Both the position numbers and the translations under genes were made by a program. A stretch of 64,000 nt of DNA from Candidatus Marinacidobacterales bacterium (GTDB taxonomy: Bacteria > Acidobacteriota > Vicinamibacteria > Marinacidobacterales > DATDRI01). The notes below the pieces were generated by a model. It was not told the DNA's origin. It worked only from the letters and a program-made list of their open reading frames with translations, and made no database searches. Positions 22,880-33,515 of this stretch are shown here, one piece after another. The DNA lies in contig CBDCNP010000002.1 in the NCBI GenBank assembly GCA_965219415.1, positions 1,952,001 through 2,016,000 on the forward strand, read 5' to 3'. The first letter of the stretch is position 1. Each line of letters begins with the position of its first letter.

Positions 22880-23392
22880 ATGAGCGCCATGATTAAGAAG
22901 GTGAAACGGCCCCCGCTCAGTCATCTCGAACGCGCCTACGTTCCGGAGATCATGCGGGCGCTAATGATCACCTCCCGCCACTTCATCCTTAACCTGACAC
23001 GTCATCTGGCCCATCTAGTCGGGCTCAAAATGGATAAGCCGGCGTCAGTCACGTTTCAGTATCCCGAGGAGCGGCGTCCGATGGCGCGGCGGCATCGGTC
23101 CCGACACCGACTGACCCGGCGGGACGACGACAGCCCACGGTGTGTGGCTTGCATGATGTGCGAGACGATTTGCCCTGCGTTCTGCATCTTCATCGTAGCC
23201 GGCGAGCACCCGGACCCAAGCATCGAGAAATACCCGAAAACCTTCGATATCGACTACGGCAAATGTGTTTTTTGCGGGCTCTGTGTGGAGGCCTGTCCAG
23301 AAGATGCGATAAGGATGGATACCGGGATCCTGGAGATAAGCGCGCCATCGCGGGGCGAGCTAGTCTATTCGAAAGACCGGCTATTAGGTTGA
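22880..23392 (+). CDS. nuoI: NADH-quinone oxidoreductase subunit I
   Basis: T.QYPEE, CVACMMCETICP, CVFCGLCVEACPEDAI. Confidence 0.88.
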   Translation: MSAMIKKVKRPPLSHLERAYVPEIMRALMITSRHFILNLTRHLAHLVGLKMDKPASVTFQYPEERRPMARRHRSRHRLTRRDDDSPRCVACMMCETICPAFCIFIVAGEHPDPSIEKYPKTFDIDYGKCVFCGLCVEACPEDAIRMDTGILEISAPSRGELVYSKDRLLG

Positions 23393-23412
23393 ATCTAATA
23401 CGGTTCCGCCGC

Positions 23413-23470
23413 TTGACAGTTTCCGGAGTCGTTAGTATACTGCGGAGTGTCTGACCAATTTGATTGGGTT
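23413..23470 (+). promoter_or_regulatory. sigma70 promoter with a possible Rrf2/IscR-type operator upstream of iscA
   Basis: TTGACA-17-TATACT (23413-23441) followed by CTGACCAATTTGATTGGG. Confidence 0.6.
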
Positions 23471-23556
23471 TATCAAACCTGCTCTTAATGGCCTGGCAAA
23501 GTAAGAGCAATAAGAAGACCCAGTAAAGCCCTATAAGACAAAGAAGAGGCTTAGCG

Positions 23557-23880
23557 ATGTTGACTTTGAGTACGACTGCCGCCGGTAAGGTAAAAGAGTT
23601 CCTGGTCGAGAATGGCAAACCCGATGCCGCCTTGAGAGTTCGCGTTGTCGGTGGAGGCTGCTCCGGATTCTCGTATCAACTGGCGCTTGATGAGGAAGCC
23701 GGTGCCGAGGACGAGGTGTACGAACAAAATGGCGTGAAGCTATTCGTCGACGAGAAGAGCCTTCTCTACCTCGAAGGAACCGAGATCGACTATGTGGAAG
23801 ACATCATGGGCTCGGGATTCCGTTTCAACAATCCGAACTCGAAGGGGACCTGCGGCTGCGGGGAATCTTTCCAAGTTTAA
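23557..23880 (+). CDS. iscA: A-type Fe-S carrier (IscA/ErpA)
   Basis: GGGCSGFSY, NPN...CGCGESF. Confidence 0.92.
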   Translation: MLTLSTTAAGKVKEFLVENGKPDAALRVRVVGGGCSGFSYQLALDEEAGAEDEVYEQNGVKLFVDEKSLLYLEGTEIDYVEDIMGSGFRFNNPNSKGTCGCGESFQV

Positions 23881-24007
23881 GAGAGCCTAGCCTAGTCGTA
23901 CGGCGCGTTCAAATCTGAACGCGTCATTCGAACTCATCGCGGTACCCTCGGATCTCACCGGGGGTATTTTTTTGTGCTTCCTGTCCCCGATTTGAAGACG
24001 GAGCATC

Positions 24008-24317
24008 ATGAGTTCAGCAGACACCGAATACGACCCGTTCGAACGGCTCGTTGATATCGAGATCGAAGGCATCTCTTTCGCGGTCCCAGAGAACAACATC
24101 GTTCTCCGCTGCGTTCAGTTCATTCTGGACGACGACATGGTCCTAGGCCGATTCTGTTGGAACAACGAGTGCGGCAACTGCGAAGCTCACCTGCCAAACG
24201 CCCGACCAGCCGGAGCCCCAGCGAGCTCGTGGATGTCAAACCGTCGTCCAAGACGGAATGGTTCTTTCCGAGCTCACCCCCGATCTGAGATACTGGCTCC
24301 GCGAAAAACTGAAGTAG
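24008..24317 (+). CDS. Small 2Fe-2S ferredoxin-like protein (frameshift near 24190)
   Basis: FCWNNECGNCE; an alternative frame continues RARGCQTVVQDGM...KLK*. Confidence 0.65.
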
Positions 24318-24351
24318 CGCGTATTTGCCTCATTCCTAAAGAGTCGAAGCA

Positions 24352-25110
24352 TTGATCCCCACGGTCATTTCTCTGCTCTCCGCCCATTTGGCGATCGGCA
24401 GCTTGCTGATCGCAACCGCACTGGTGATACGACACCGACTTCCCGATCCCTTCCTCCGTTTCTGCACCGCCGGGTCCGCATTTTCTGCGGGGGTGAGCTG
24501 GCTGCTAAATCCGGGCAGCAACCTCACATACGGTGCCGTAGCAGCGACAGCGGTCTTTTGGTATATCTGGGTGCGCCGTTGGGGAGGCGGCTCTCCGATC
24601 CCCGGCGGGGTAGCGGTGGTCGTCGGCTTGGGAGCCCTTGGTACCGAATGCCTCGACAACACAACCGCGAGCTGGCCGCTTTGTTTCGCAGGTTCCGTCA
24701 GTTCGGCGCTCTTGCTCGGGGCGGTCGTGGTGAGCATGGTTCTCGGCCACTGGTACCTCGTAGATACAAAGCTCTCCATCGCTCCACTCAAGCAGGGGGC
24801 TCTCTGGTTCGCCGTTGCCGTGGTCGCGCGTTGGGCAACTGTTAGTACGACTCTTGCCCAGGAAGGATTACAGGTAGTTCAAGTCACCCGAGCCGACGAT
24901 CTGGTTTTCTCGACACTCGGCCTATTCTTCCTCTTCCGGTTCATTTCTGGCCTGATCGCTCCGGCGTTGCTGGCGGGCCTCATTTGGCAAACGGTGAAGA
25001 TGCGCTCGACGCAGTCCGCGACCGGGCTCCTTTATGTCGCGTTCATACTGGTGCTCTTCGGAGAGCTGATCGCACAATTCCTTGCGGTCGCTACCGGTTT
25101 CCCCCTTTGA
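24352..25110 (+). CDS. Hypothetical polytopic membrane protein
   Basis: Multiple TM segments; MVLGHWYL and STQSATGLLYV motifs. Confidence 0.75.
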   Translation: MIPTVISLLSAHLAIGSLLIATALVIRHRLPDPFLRFCTAGSAFSAGVSWLLNPGSNLTYGAVAATAVFWYIWVRRWGGGSPIPGGVAVVVGLGALGTECLDNTTASWPLCFAGSVSSALLLGAVVVSMVLGHWYLVDTKLSIAPLKQGALWFAVAVVARWATVSTTLAQEGLQVVQVTRADDLVFSTLGLFFLFRFISGLIAPALLAGLIWQTVKMRSTQSATGLLYVAFILVLFGELIAQFLAVATGFPL

Positions 25111-25131
25111 ACTCACCTGAAACGGACAAAG

Positions 25132-25602
25132 ATGACTGACAGACAAGCAGATTCTCTGACGGTGGGCCTGTTTTGCCCTGAGTGCTCTCGGTACAGCGAG
25201 TACACGCTCTTGCCAATGGAGGCCGCCCACGCCTGTCCTTATTGCGGGTATCAGTCAGAACGCAATGCGAGTCCCACACTCCTGGACGGAGGACCCATAG
25301 ATCGATGTCCGCAGTGCGACAATGGGGAATTCTTCCTCAAAAAAGACTTCCCCCAGCAACTTGGGTGTGCGGCGGTGACGCTGACGGTTGTCTTGTCCAC
25401 CCTCGCCTACGCCGTCTGGGGGTTTCTCCCATCTTTGGCGGTGCTGGTGGTCGCCAGTTGCCTCGACTTCTTCCTCTACCATCGGCTCGGAGACGTGACG
25501 GTTTGTTACCGGTGCCATTCAGAGCTTCGTGGGTTTGCCAACAATCCGACGCATGGGCCCTTTGACATGCATCGGGCGGAAGAGTACGACGAGGGAGGGT
25601 AG
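25132..25602 (+). CDS. Cys-rich (Zn-ribbon) membrane protein
   Basis: Four CxxC pairs, KDFPQQLG, two TM segments. Confidence 0.78.
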   Translation: MTDRQADSLTVGLFCPECSRYSEYTLLPMEAAHACPYCGYQSERNASPTLLDGGPIDRCPQCDNGEFFLKKDFPQQLGCAAVTLTVVLSTLAYAVWGFLPSLAVLVVASCLDFFLYHRLGDVTVCYRCHSELRGFANNPTHGPFDMHRAEEYDEGG

Positions 25603-25646
25603 AATTCTGGAGCTTCGCGGGGGCGCGGGCTCGCGGCGCGCCAAGC

Positions 25647-26087
25647 CTATTCGGGGTCGATAGAGACCAAGGGGTGGTTGGGGGCCTTCAGCATGTCCGC
25701 CATCGTGACGTTGCCCAGAAAATCCACCGTCTGCTTTTGCGCCATGTTCCAGACGTGTTGCATCTCACAACTATCTAGAATGGAGCAATCGTCATGCTCT
25801 CCATCGACGCATCGGTTGAGCTTCAACGGTCCCTCTACAGCTTCGATGACCTCGAGAAAAGTGATCTCGGCGGGAGTTCTCGCGAGCGCGTAGCCTCCGT
25901 GCGCACCCTGCTGAGACTTCACAACACCTCGATTCGCCAGGATGGGAAGGATCTGAGCGAGGAACGCCTGGGGGATGTCTTTGGCTTTGGCGATCTCGCT
26001 AACGCGACCGTAACGGTCGGAGCTAAGGCGGGCAAGATAGATGACTGCCCGCAACGCATAGTCGCTCTTTCGCGACAGTTCTAGCAT
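25647..26087 (-). CDS. Rrf2-family transcriptional regulator (IscR-like, 3 Cys)
   Basis: DYALRA, GAHGGY.LA, VIEAVEG, C-x7-C-x5-C; promoter TTGAAC-17-TATAAT at 26128-26156. Confidence 0.92.
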   Translation of the reverse strand: MLELSRKSDYALRAVIYLARLSSDRYGRVSEIAKAKDIPQAFLAQILPILANRGVVKSQQGAHGGYALARTPAEITFLEVIEAVEGPLKLNRCVDGEHDDCSILDSCEMQHVWNMAQKQTVDFLGNVTMADMLKAPNHPLVSIDPE

Positions 26088-26263
26088 CCCAGTTTTGCCC
26101 GGACCAACCGTACTGAATTCCGCGGTGATTATAGTGCAGCCTGCCGGGTCGTTCAAGCCAGCCTGAAAAAAGGGCCTTTCAGCCCAAAAAACGTACCGCT
26201 CACTGATCGTGCTCCTCCCGGCGCCTTTGACCGTCACTACCAGCGTCGCTAGCATAGCGCCCA

Positions 26264-26914
26264 ATGGATCTCATCATCTTCGATTTGGATGGCACCCTTG
26301 TGGATTCCCGTCAGGACATCGCCACGTCGGTGAACGAGCTATTGACACTCTTGAGGCGACCAGAACTGCCGGCAGAGCGGGTTTTCGCCTTCATTGGAAA
26401 TGGCGTGCGAAGACTCCTCGAACGTTCATTCGGCGGGTCCCCCGCCTCGGAAGAGCTGGATGAAGCTGTTCATCTCTATTTGCAAATCTATGGCCGCCGT
26501 CTGCTCGATACTACGAGCGCCTACCCAGGAGTGCGAGAAGCCCTGGTCGAACTCCAAGCGTTGAAGTCCGCGCCGCGGAAGGCGGTCCTCACGAACAAGC
26601 CGACCAAGGAGAGCCTGGCGTTGCTCGAGGGACTCGACCTCATGCGGTATTTCGACCGAGTACACGGGGGCGAGAGTTTTCCACAACGCAAACCCGATCC
26701 GATGGGAGTCGACGCGATTATCGAAAGCACGGGCTCACGGCGGGAGCGGACCCTCATGGTCGGTGACTCCCTCGTGGACTACGAGACCGCTCGCAATGCC
26801 GGGATCCGTGTGTCGCTGGTGACCTACGGAATCGGCGCCAAGGAGGTCCGGTCTCTTTCTCCAGACTTTTTCATCGACGACATGAGAGAGCTCCTGCCGA
26901 TCGTGGGGCCGTGA
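26264..26914 (+). CDS. gph: HAD hydrolase, phosphoglycolate phosphatase-like
   Basis: FDLDGTLVDS, LTNKP, KPDP, MVGDS..D. Confidence 0.85.
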   Translation: MDLIIFDLDGTLVDSRQDIATSVNELLTLLRRPELPAERVFAFIGNGVRRLLERSFGGSPASEELDEAVHLYLQIYGRRLLDTTSAYPGVREALVELQALKSAPRKAVLTNKPTKESLALLEGLDLMRYFDRVHGGESFPQRKPDPMGVDAIIESTGSRRERTLMVGDSLVDYETARNAGIRVSLVTYGIGAKEVRSLSPDFFIDDMRELLPIVGP

Positions 26915-27227
26915 CCCTCACCCGCCGTCTGACCGGCATCTGGCCACCTTGATAGTGGCACCGAGCTGTTTTGATGCCCAGCATGGTTGGCACAACGTAT
27001 TTTGACGGCCATCCAAATGGCTACCCGCTGTTCTAACATCTACCATGAGACCCTGTTTCTCGACGCCCGCAGTCTCACGGGGAGAGGGAGTAGGATCGAA
27101 GCCAGCTTTGAATATGTAAACTTGGGATGCTTACCCTCACTTATTCGCAGTCGCTAACGGATCGAGCCAAGCAGCGTTTGCCTTTCATCACCAAACGCTT
27201 GCCGGAGAGGTCCCTTCGAATCACGAG

Positions 27228-28661
27228 ATGAGCAAGCCACCGAACAAGAAACGGCAACGCTCGAAGACCACCGACCCTGCCGGGGTGGCTTCTATCTTGC
27301 TCATTGATGACCAGCACGAGGTCCGCGAGAGATCTCGGGCGACGTTTCGACGAAATGGGTACGAAACCCACGCCGTCGAGAACGGAGAGCAAGCGTTGGA
27401 GGCTCTCGCGCAGCGCCCGTTCGATTTGGTGGTTACCGAACTTCGACTTCCCGGGATTACCGAACTTCGACTTCCCGGGATGGACAGCGCGGAGATTCTA
27501 CGCACCGTGAAGCGCACCTCGCCAGAAACTGAGGTCGTCATCACCACCGCTTCCGACGCACTCGAAGGTGCCATGGCGGCGGTCAAAGCCGGGGCCTATG
27601 ACTACATCGTTAAACCCCTCCACCCGCCGGCGCTACTCCTGACAGTCCGACGCGCATTGGAGCGCAAGAGCCTTGCACAGAAGGTCCGTGTACTCGAGCG
27701 AGCGATGGAAGGCCGCGCATCTTTCGACGGGCTTATCGGTACCTCGCCGGCAATATCAGAAGTTTTGAAGATGGTCGAGCAAGTAGCTCGCCTGGACTCG
27801 ACCGTTCTGGTCTCCGGCGAGAGCGGTACCGGTAAGGAGCTGGTAGGCCGTGCGCTTCACGCCCTCTCTCCTCGAAAGGACAAACCACTGGTCATCGTCA
27901 ACTGCAACGCCATCCCTGAGGGCTTACGGGAGAGCGAGCTCTTCGGACACGCCAAGGGCGCTTTTACCGGAGCGCATGTCGACAAAAGAGGTCTCCTCGA
28001 GGAGGCCGATGAGGGCACCGCCGTTCTGGACGAGGTCGAGAAGCTGACGCCTGCCGCCCAAATCAAGTTGCTGCGGTTTCTTCAAAATGGCGAGGTTCGG
28101 CGAGTTGGAACCACCGTCAGTCGAAACCTCGACGTCCGTGTCATTGCCTCCACTCACAGTGATTTGGAAAAGTGCGTTGAAGAGCAAACATTTCGAGAGG
28201 ACCTCTATTACCGCCTCAACATCATTCCGTTCCAGCTTCCACCGTTGCGGGAGCGAACCGAGGATATCCCTCTCCTGGCACAGCACTTCGCGAGGGCTTT
28301 TGCAGAAAGACTGAGACATGCCGCGCCTGCCACATCCTCTCGCGCCATGTCGGTTCTCGTTTCCCGCACGTGGGAGGACAATGTTCGCGAGCTTGAGCAA
28401 GTCATCGAAAGAGCCATCGCCCTCGATCGTGACGGGGTCATTGGGCTAGATGATCTACCCTTCGCCGATTCGCCGACGGCATCCGACAAGATCATCGACC
28501 GGGCGAGAAGCAATACCCTTACACTGAGCCAGCTCGAGCGTGAGTACATTTTGAAGGTGCTCGCGGAAAGCGGGGGTAGTCGCAAGAAAACCGCTGAGAA
28601 ACTGGGCATCACAACCGCCACCCTATGGAGAAAGCTCAAGCGTTACGAGAAGGGCGAATGA
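27228..28661 (+). CDS. NtrC-family sigma54 activator with an atypical receiver domain
   Basis: GESGTGKE, ESELFGH.KGAFTGA, LDEV, FREDLYYRL, Fis HTH; receiver reads VTELR instead of VTDLR. Confidence 0.92.
   Translation: MSKPPNKKRQRSKTTDPAGVASILLIDDQHEVRERSRATFRRNGYETHAVENGEQALEALAQRPFDLVVTELRLPGITELRLPGMDSAEILRTVKRTSPETEVVITTASDALEGAMAAVKAGAYDYIVKPLHPPALLLTVRRALERKSLAQKVRVLERAMEGRASFDGLIGTSPAISEVLKMVEQVARLDSTVLVSGESGTGKELVGRALHALSPRKDKPLVIVNCNAIPEGLRESELFGHAKGAFTGAHVDKRGLLEEADEGTAVLDEVEKLTPAAQIKLLRFLQNGEVRRVGTTVSRNLDVRVIASTHSDLEKCVEEQTFREDLYYRLNIIPFQLPPLRERTEDIPLLAQHFARAFAERLRHAAPATSSRAMSVLVSRTWEDNVRELEQVIERAIALDRDGVIGLDDLPFADSPTASDKIIDRARSNTLTLSQLEREYILKVLAESGGSRKKTAEKLGITTATLWRKLKRYEKGE
27433..27480 (+). 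repeat. Exact 24-bp tandem duplication
   Basis: TTACCGAACTTCGACTTCCCGGGA twice, in frame (TELRLPG twice). Confidence 0.95.
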
Positions 28662-28737
28662 GCCAGGAAGAAGAAACCATCGGTACCCTCACCCGGCGTC
28701 TGCGGCTGGCCACGCCTAGATGAGGAGACTATCTGTG

Positions 28738-30270
28738 CTAGTCGGGAATCGGGAAGCTCGGATCGAGGGCGCGCACTTGCTCGAACATCTTCTCCGCTCG
28801 TAGGGTCATACCAGCATCCTGGTAGACCTTCCCGAGTGCCACCAAATACTCCGGCTTCCACGGGTCCAACTTGATCGCGATCTTGAGGTTTCGCTCCGCG
28901 TCCTGGCGCCACTTGGGATTCTCTCTTTGAGCCATTCCCAGCAAGTGGTAATACTCTGGTTGATCGCCGATGATCTCGATCGCCTGTTGGCAGAACTGGA
29001 TCGTCATCCAGTAGTCGCACTTCAGGAATGCGTTCTTGGCTTGCGCGAAAAAAGTCTTCCCTTCTTTCGCGTCTCGCACTACTGGGGGGGCACTCTTTTC
29101 CCCCTTGATTGGTTTCCTTTCGCGAGGAGTTTCTTTGGGAGGCGCACTCCATTCCTTGTTTTGCTTTTCGTACTGCTGCTCTTTCTTCGTGAGCTCGTCG
29201 TAACCTTTGGCCTGCTCCTTTCCGGTGAGGGTTTGGTGGGCGTCGTTCAGCCGACAAAAAACGTGCGTGAGCTTCTCCTGAAACTCTCGATCTTGGATGT
29301 GGTGGTAGTTATCGGGATGATAGAGCTTAGTCTTGTCACGAAACGCAGCGTCTATCTTCTCTAGGCTCGCACCCCGCTTGACGCCCAAAGACCGTCCAAT
29401 GATCCTGCTCCTGGTAATGCTCGAAAAGATGCTCGATGACTTTCTTGGCGCTTACTTGCGCATCGTCCACGTTGCCCGCTGACTCTTCCTCTTTTTCAGC
29501 GGGCGACGGGGGCGGAGTCGCGGTGATCTCTGGCTCCCGGATCGACTCCGCGTAACTGATCGATTCGGGGTCCGGCTCGGGAGGTTTGTCCTGGGCCTCG
29601 ACGATGCCCGCCTCCATGAGCCCTAGCAACGTGCGGGCCGTCTCGGTCTCTGAAAGGGGGGCTTACGTTGACGATGCTCTTCGCTGTTTCGTGACCGTCG
29701 ATCCGAGAGGCGATGTAGCCCTTCTCAGGAGTCAGTTGGACTTCCTGGGAACGGAACGCTGGATCCTGCGCAAGCTGGAGCGGTTTCTCGAGGGCGAGTA
29801 ACGCCTTCAAACAAGGGGCGACTTGGGCGGAACGGCGGGTCGCCTCCATGATGACGTCGGCTACGGAGACAGGAGGTTGCCCTACGATCGCATCCGACGC
29901 TCTCCATGTCAGTGAACACCATGCGTGCGGGTGGCCAGAGGAGCAGGTCGCATACAATATCCACCAGCTGAACTCTGACCATTTCGTCGATGTCGCTAGC
30001 TTCGATATAGCCGAGCTTGACGAGAATCTCACCCAGCTTCAACCCACTCTTGATGTGCTTTGCCGCTTCTTCGGATTGCCGCCGGCTGATCTTTCCGCGG
30101 CGAATCATCACCTCACCGAGGCGATCATCCATGAGCGATGAACGGGCCCCAACCAACGAACCCGCCCGCACCATAATGCTACGCTTGGTTTCCTCTCCCT
30201 CTCCGAGAAGGACTCCCGTCCGCTTCTCTAAGTAGAGTTTACGTAGCGCTTCTGCGACCTGGCTATTCAC
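28738..30270 (-). CDS. DUF4388-like + DnaJ + TPR protein (several frameshifts)
   Basis: KRTGVL...DRLGEVMIRRG N-terminus; J-domain HPD; TPR-like C-terminus; spread over four ORFs. Confidence 0.75.
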
Positions 30271-30521
30271 TTGTTTGCCTCGGTGGAGAATTCCTTACTT
30301 AGATTGTACTAGACAGCGCGAAATTCGGGTTGCCAAAAACAATTGGCCAGGACTGCCGACCTCGAGGACGCCGGACACATTCCGCCGCCAAAAAAGGGCG
30401 TTGCCAGAAACCACACAGGGTGAGCGGCCCATCTATCTCCTTAACCCACAGCAACCTAGCAGATACTCTAATTAGTGATGCCGAGCTTCCTCATCGGCGG
30501 CAAGGGCCTCCGGAGGAAAGT

Positions 30522-30770
30522 ATGACGACCACTCCCAGCTGGATCGGAACGTTTGCCGAGTTGAAAGAACCCGGCCCTCCCGGGTGCGGCCCTGAAGGTA
30601 TCGTGACCTATCCGGAAGGGATCGGCGGTTTCGTCGTCCGAAGCGACGACGACGCCAAGCCTGTCGTTCGCCTTCGCCACTTCTACGGCAAATCCAACCA
30701 CCACTTCGCAGAACACGGTGACGTATTTTTTCAGGTTGAAGATCTCCATCTCGGGGGCGCCACGGTTTGA
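30522..30770 (+). CDS. Hypothetical 82-aa protein
   Basis: GGAGG-aaagt-ATG; globular-looking sequence MTTTPSWIGTF...; directly upstream of the diguanylate cyclase. Confidence 0.55.
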   Translation: MTTTPSWIGTFAELKEPGPPGCGPEGIVTYPEGIGGFVVRSDDDAKPVVRLRHFYGKSNHHFAEHGDVFFQVEDLHLGGATV

Positions 30771-30810
30771 TGGCTCTCCGAGCCGCCACGTCGCTCCGAC
30801 GGACGACCCA

Positions 30811-33392
30811 ATGATCCGGCGGTTCAAGTCGCGGTTCCAAGATGGGAGCGAAATCTCCGCGGTCCGGGGAACGCGCGCCGAAAAAATTCGTCGTTTCCAA
30901 GCCACCTTCTCTCTCGTCTACTGGATGGTGACGCTGCTCGTACTCGCGTATGCGTTTTCGGTGGCTCGGATCGGCGACCGACCCCTGCTCATCGCGCTGG
31001 CGCTGGTTGCGGCCACAATCAACTTTGTCTTCCCTCACTTCCGGCCTCAGCGCTTGTCGCTTTCTCACGGTACCTTGGCGATGGTCGTCGTCACCTCGGT
31101 CTTCGCCCTGCTGCTCGTCTTTTGGACCGGCCCGCTCGATTCTCCTTTCTTCGCCACTCTCTTGCTCTTGGTTCTCACCGCGTCCCTCGTCCTCAGCCGC
31201 GTGGTAGCCGTCGCCGTCGTCGCCGCAATCTCCTTAGCATTCCTCGGCGTCGTCGGCCTCACGAGCCAGCTGGGCACCCCGTCTTCCCTTCTGACCGCCG
31301 GGGTCAAACTCGCTATGCTCTGGGTGATGGCGTACGTGGGAGGTTTCTTGTCCCAAGAACTCACGCTCAAAGACGGTGAGCTCAGCCTGTGGGAGCTCGA
31401 GCAGCGCGTTCGGGACGCCACTCAAGGGGCGAGAGATGTGTTCGCCGGGACGATCAACGACCTCAAAAACGCGTTGGACGAAGTGCTGGAGCGCGCAAGC
31501 TTTGCCTTACGCATACCCGCCGCTGGAATTTTCCTCGTCGATGAGGAAAAACGGGGCCTGATCTTGACCAGTTACACGGGCCTACCTAGCGATCTCGCGG
31601 AGCTCGTTGCCGTGCAGCGGCTCGCCGAGCCGGGAGCCGGATTGGCAAGTCGAGCCGCCCTGCAGCGTAAGCCCTTCGTTTTGGACGATCTCATCACCGA
31701 CCCCCTCGTGGAGGAGTTTCGAGAGGCGATTCTTCTTTCGGGTTGGCGCTCGACGGCCTGCATACCCATGGTATCCAGGGGAAGAGTCGTCGGGGTCGTT
31801 CAACTCTTCGCCGACGAGATGGAGTTCTTCAACGAGTCCCGCCTAGCCGCATTGGGCGCTCTGACGAACGAGCTTGGGCTGTCGATCGACAACGTCTCGC
31901 TGGCCGAAGAAGAGAAGAAGCGCCGAACCGAGCTCGCCGCGCTTCATGGCGCGGCCAAGACCATGAGCTCGACCCAAACTCCCAATGACGCCGTACATAG
32001 CGCCCTAGACGCGATTGGTCGCCTCGGGTTCCCTCACGCCAAGGTCTTGCTGCTCGACGAGCGCCGACGCCAGCTGGTGCCACAAACTTCTTCACCCGGA
32101 GCGGCGGCGGAAGCGATGACCGGAACCCCGCTCGGCAAGGGTGCGGCGGGACAAGCCGCTCAAAGCGGCGAGCCGGTGCTGATCCCGGACGTCTCCGATC
32201 TGCCGCTAGCTGACGGAAACCTCGAAGGAACCCGATCGCAGATCGCGGTTCCCCTCAAAGTGAAGGGGAATCTCATCGGGGTCTTGAACATCGGGCATGA
32301 ACAACCCAACGCTTTCGGTGACAAAGACATCCGCGTCCTAGCTTCGTTTGCCAATCAAGCCGCCATCGCCATCGATAACGCCCGGCTCTACGAGGCGGAA
32401 AAAAACGCGGACCGAACATCTAGGTGCCTGGCGCGATTACTCGGCGCGGATACAAACCGCCCAAACAGAATCGGAGGTTCTGGCAGCGCTCCTCCATTAT
32501 CTGGACCGACTCGTAGCGCCCAACCAGTCAGTCGTGTACCGACCGGTTCCGGAAGGCAAGCTCCTCGAGGTCACCCAGCACGTGGGTTTGCCCGGCCGAT
32601 GCGGGCGCGACTCCCGCGTCGGCGCGGCTAGCTGCATCGCGTATCGCACCGGTAAAGCCTTTCGCTTTGACGGAGCAGACGAACTTCCTTGCCCGGTAAA
32701 GTCGTCAACCGAGGGAGGTGATCGTTATCTCTGCCTTCCCATGGTGGTTGGCGGGTCCACCATCGGAGTCATTCACTTGGACAGTCTCCACGAGGCTTAT
32801 TGGAGCGAGGAGCGAACCGAGCTGGCGCGTGGCTTCGTGGATTACGCCGCCCCCATCCTCCAAAACGTCCGCTACTTCAAGCAGCTCCAGCAAAGGGCGA
32901 TTCAAGACGAGCTCACCGGCCTCTACAACCGGCGTTTCCTGGAGGGACATCTCCAGAAACAACTCGCGATGGCCACCCGATACGAACAACCACTTGCGGT
33001 TCTCATGCTGGACATCGACCTCTTCAAAACGATCAACGACCGCTTTGGACATGATGCAGGCGATCGCGTACTGCGGAGCTTCTCGGCGAATTTGTCACAA
33101 ACGATTCGAGCATCAGACGTAGTAGCCCGGTGGGGAGGAGAAGAGTTCGTGGTCGTCCTGCCTTCGACCATCGGCCACGCCGCCAAAGCATTGGCGGAGA
33201 AGATCCGGAAATCGATCGAAGCGCTTTCTTTTGAAGAACAGGTTCCGGGTCTGGGGGGATCACGGTGAGCATCGGCACCGCCGCCTACCCGGCGACGGTA
33301 CCACCGAGGAAATCTTGTTGAAGAGCGCCGACCTCGCGCTCTACCGCGCCAAGCAAAGGGGCCGCAACCGCGTCGAGGCGGCAGCGGTCTAA
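30811..33392 (+). CDS. Membrane multi-GAF diguanylate cyclase (frameshifts near 32400 and 33260)
   Basis: About 5-6 TM, three GAF-like regions, DELTGLYNRR, DIDLFKTIND.FGH, RWGGEEF. Confidence 0.87.
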
Positions 33393-33414
33393 GCCCTCGC
33401 CGAGCGCACCCCAA

Positions 33415-33515
33415 CCGCGACGGCTGAGGGCTCTACAATTAGTGGCGCGGGGCCCCACCCCCACGCCTGGTCGCTCCGGTGGCTGTCGCACCTCCGCGAC
33501 GGCTGAGGGCTCTAC
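33415..33515. repeat. REP-like intergenic direct repeat
   Basis: CCGCGACGGCTGAGGGCTCTAC at 33415-33436 and 33494-33515; the reverse complement starts GTAG. Confidence 0.75.

Noticed and set aside
26950-27010. TGGCAC motifs upstream of the sigma54 activator
   Set aside because: They lack a correctly spaced TTGC -12 element
33415-33515. Possible mini-CRISPR
   Set aside because: Only two 22-bp units with a 57-bp GC-rich spacer and no cas genes; better explained as REP-like
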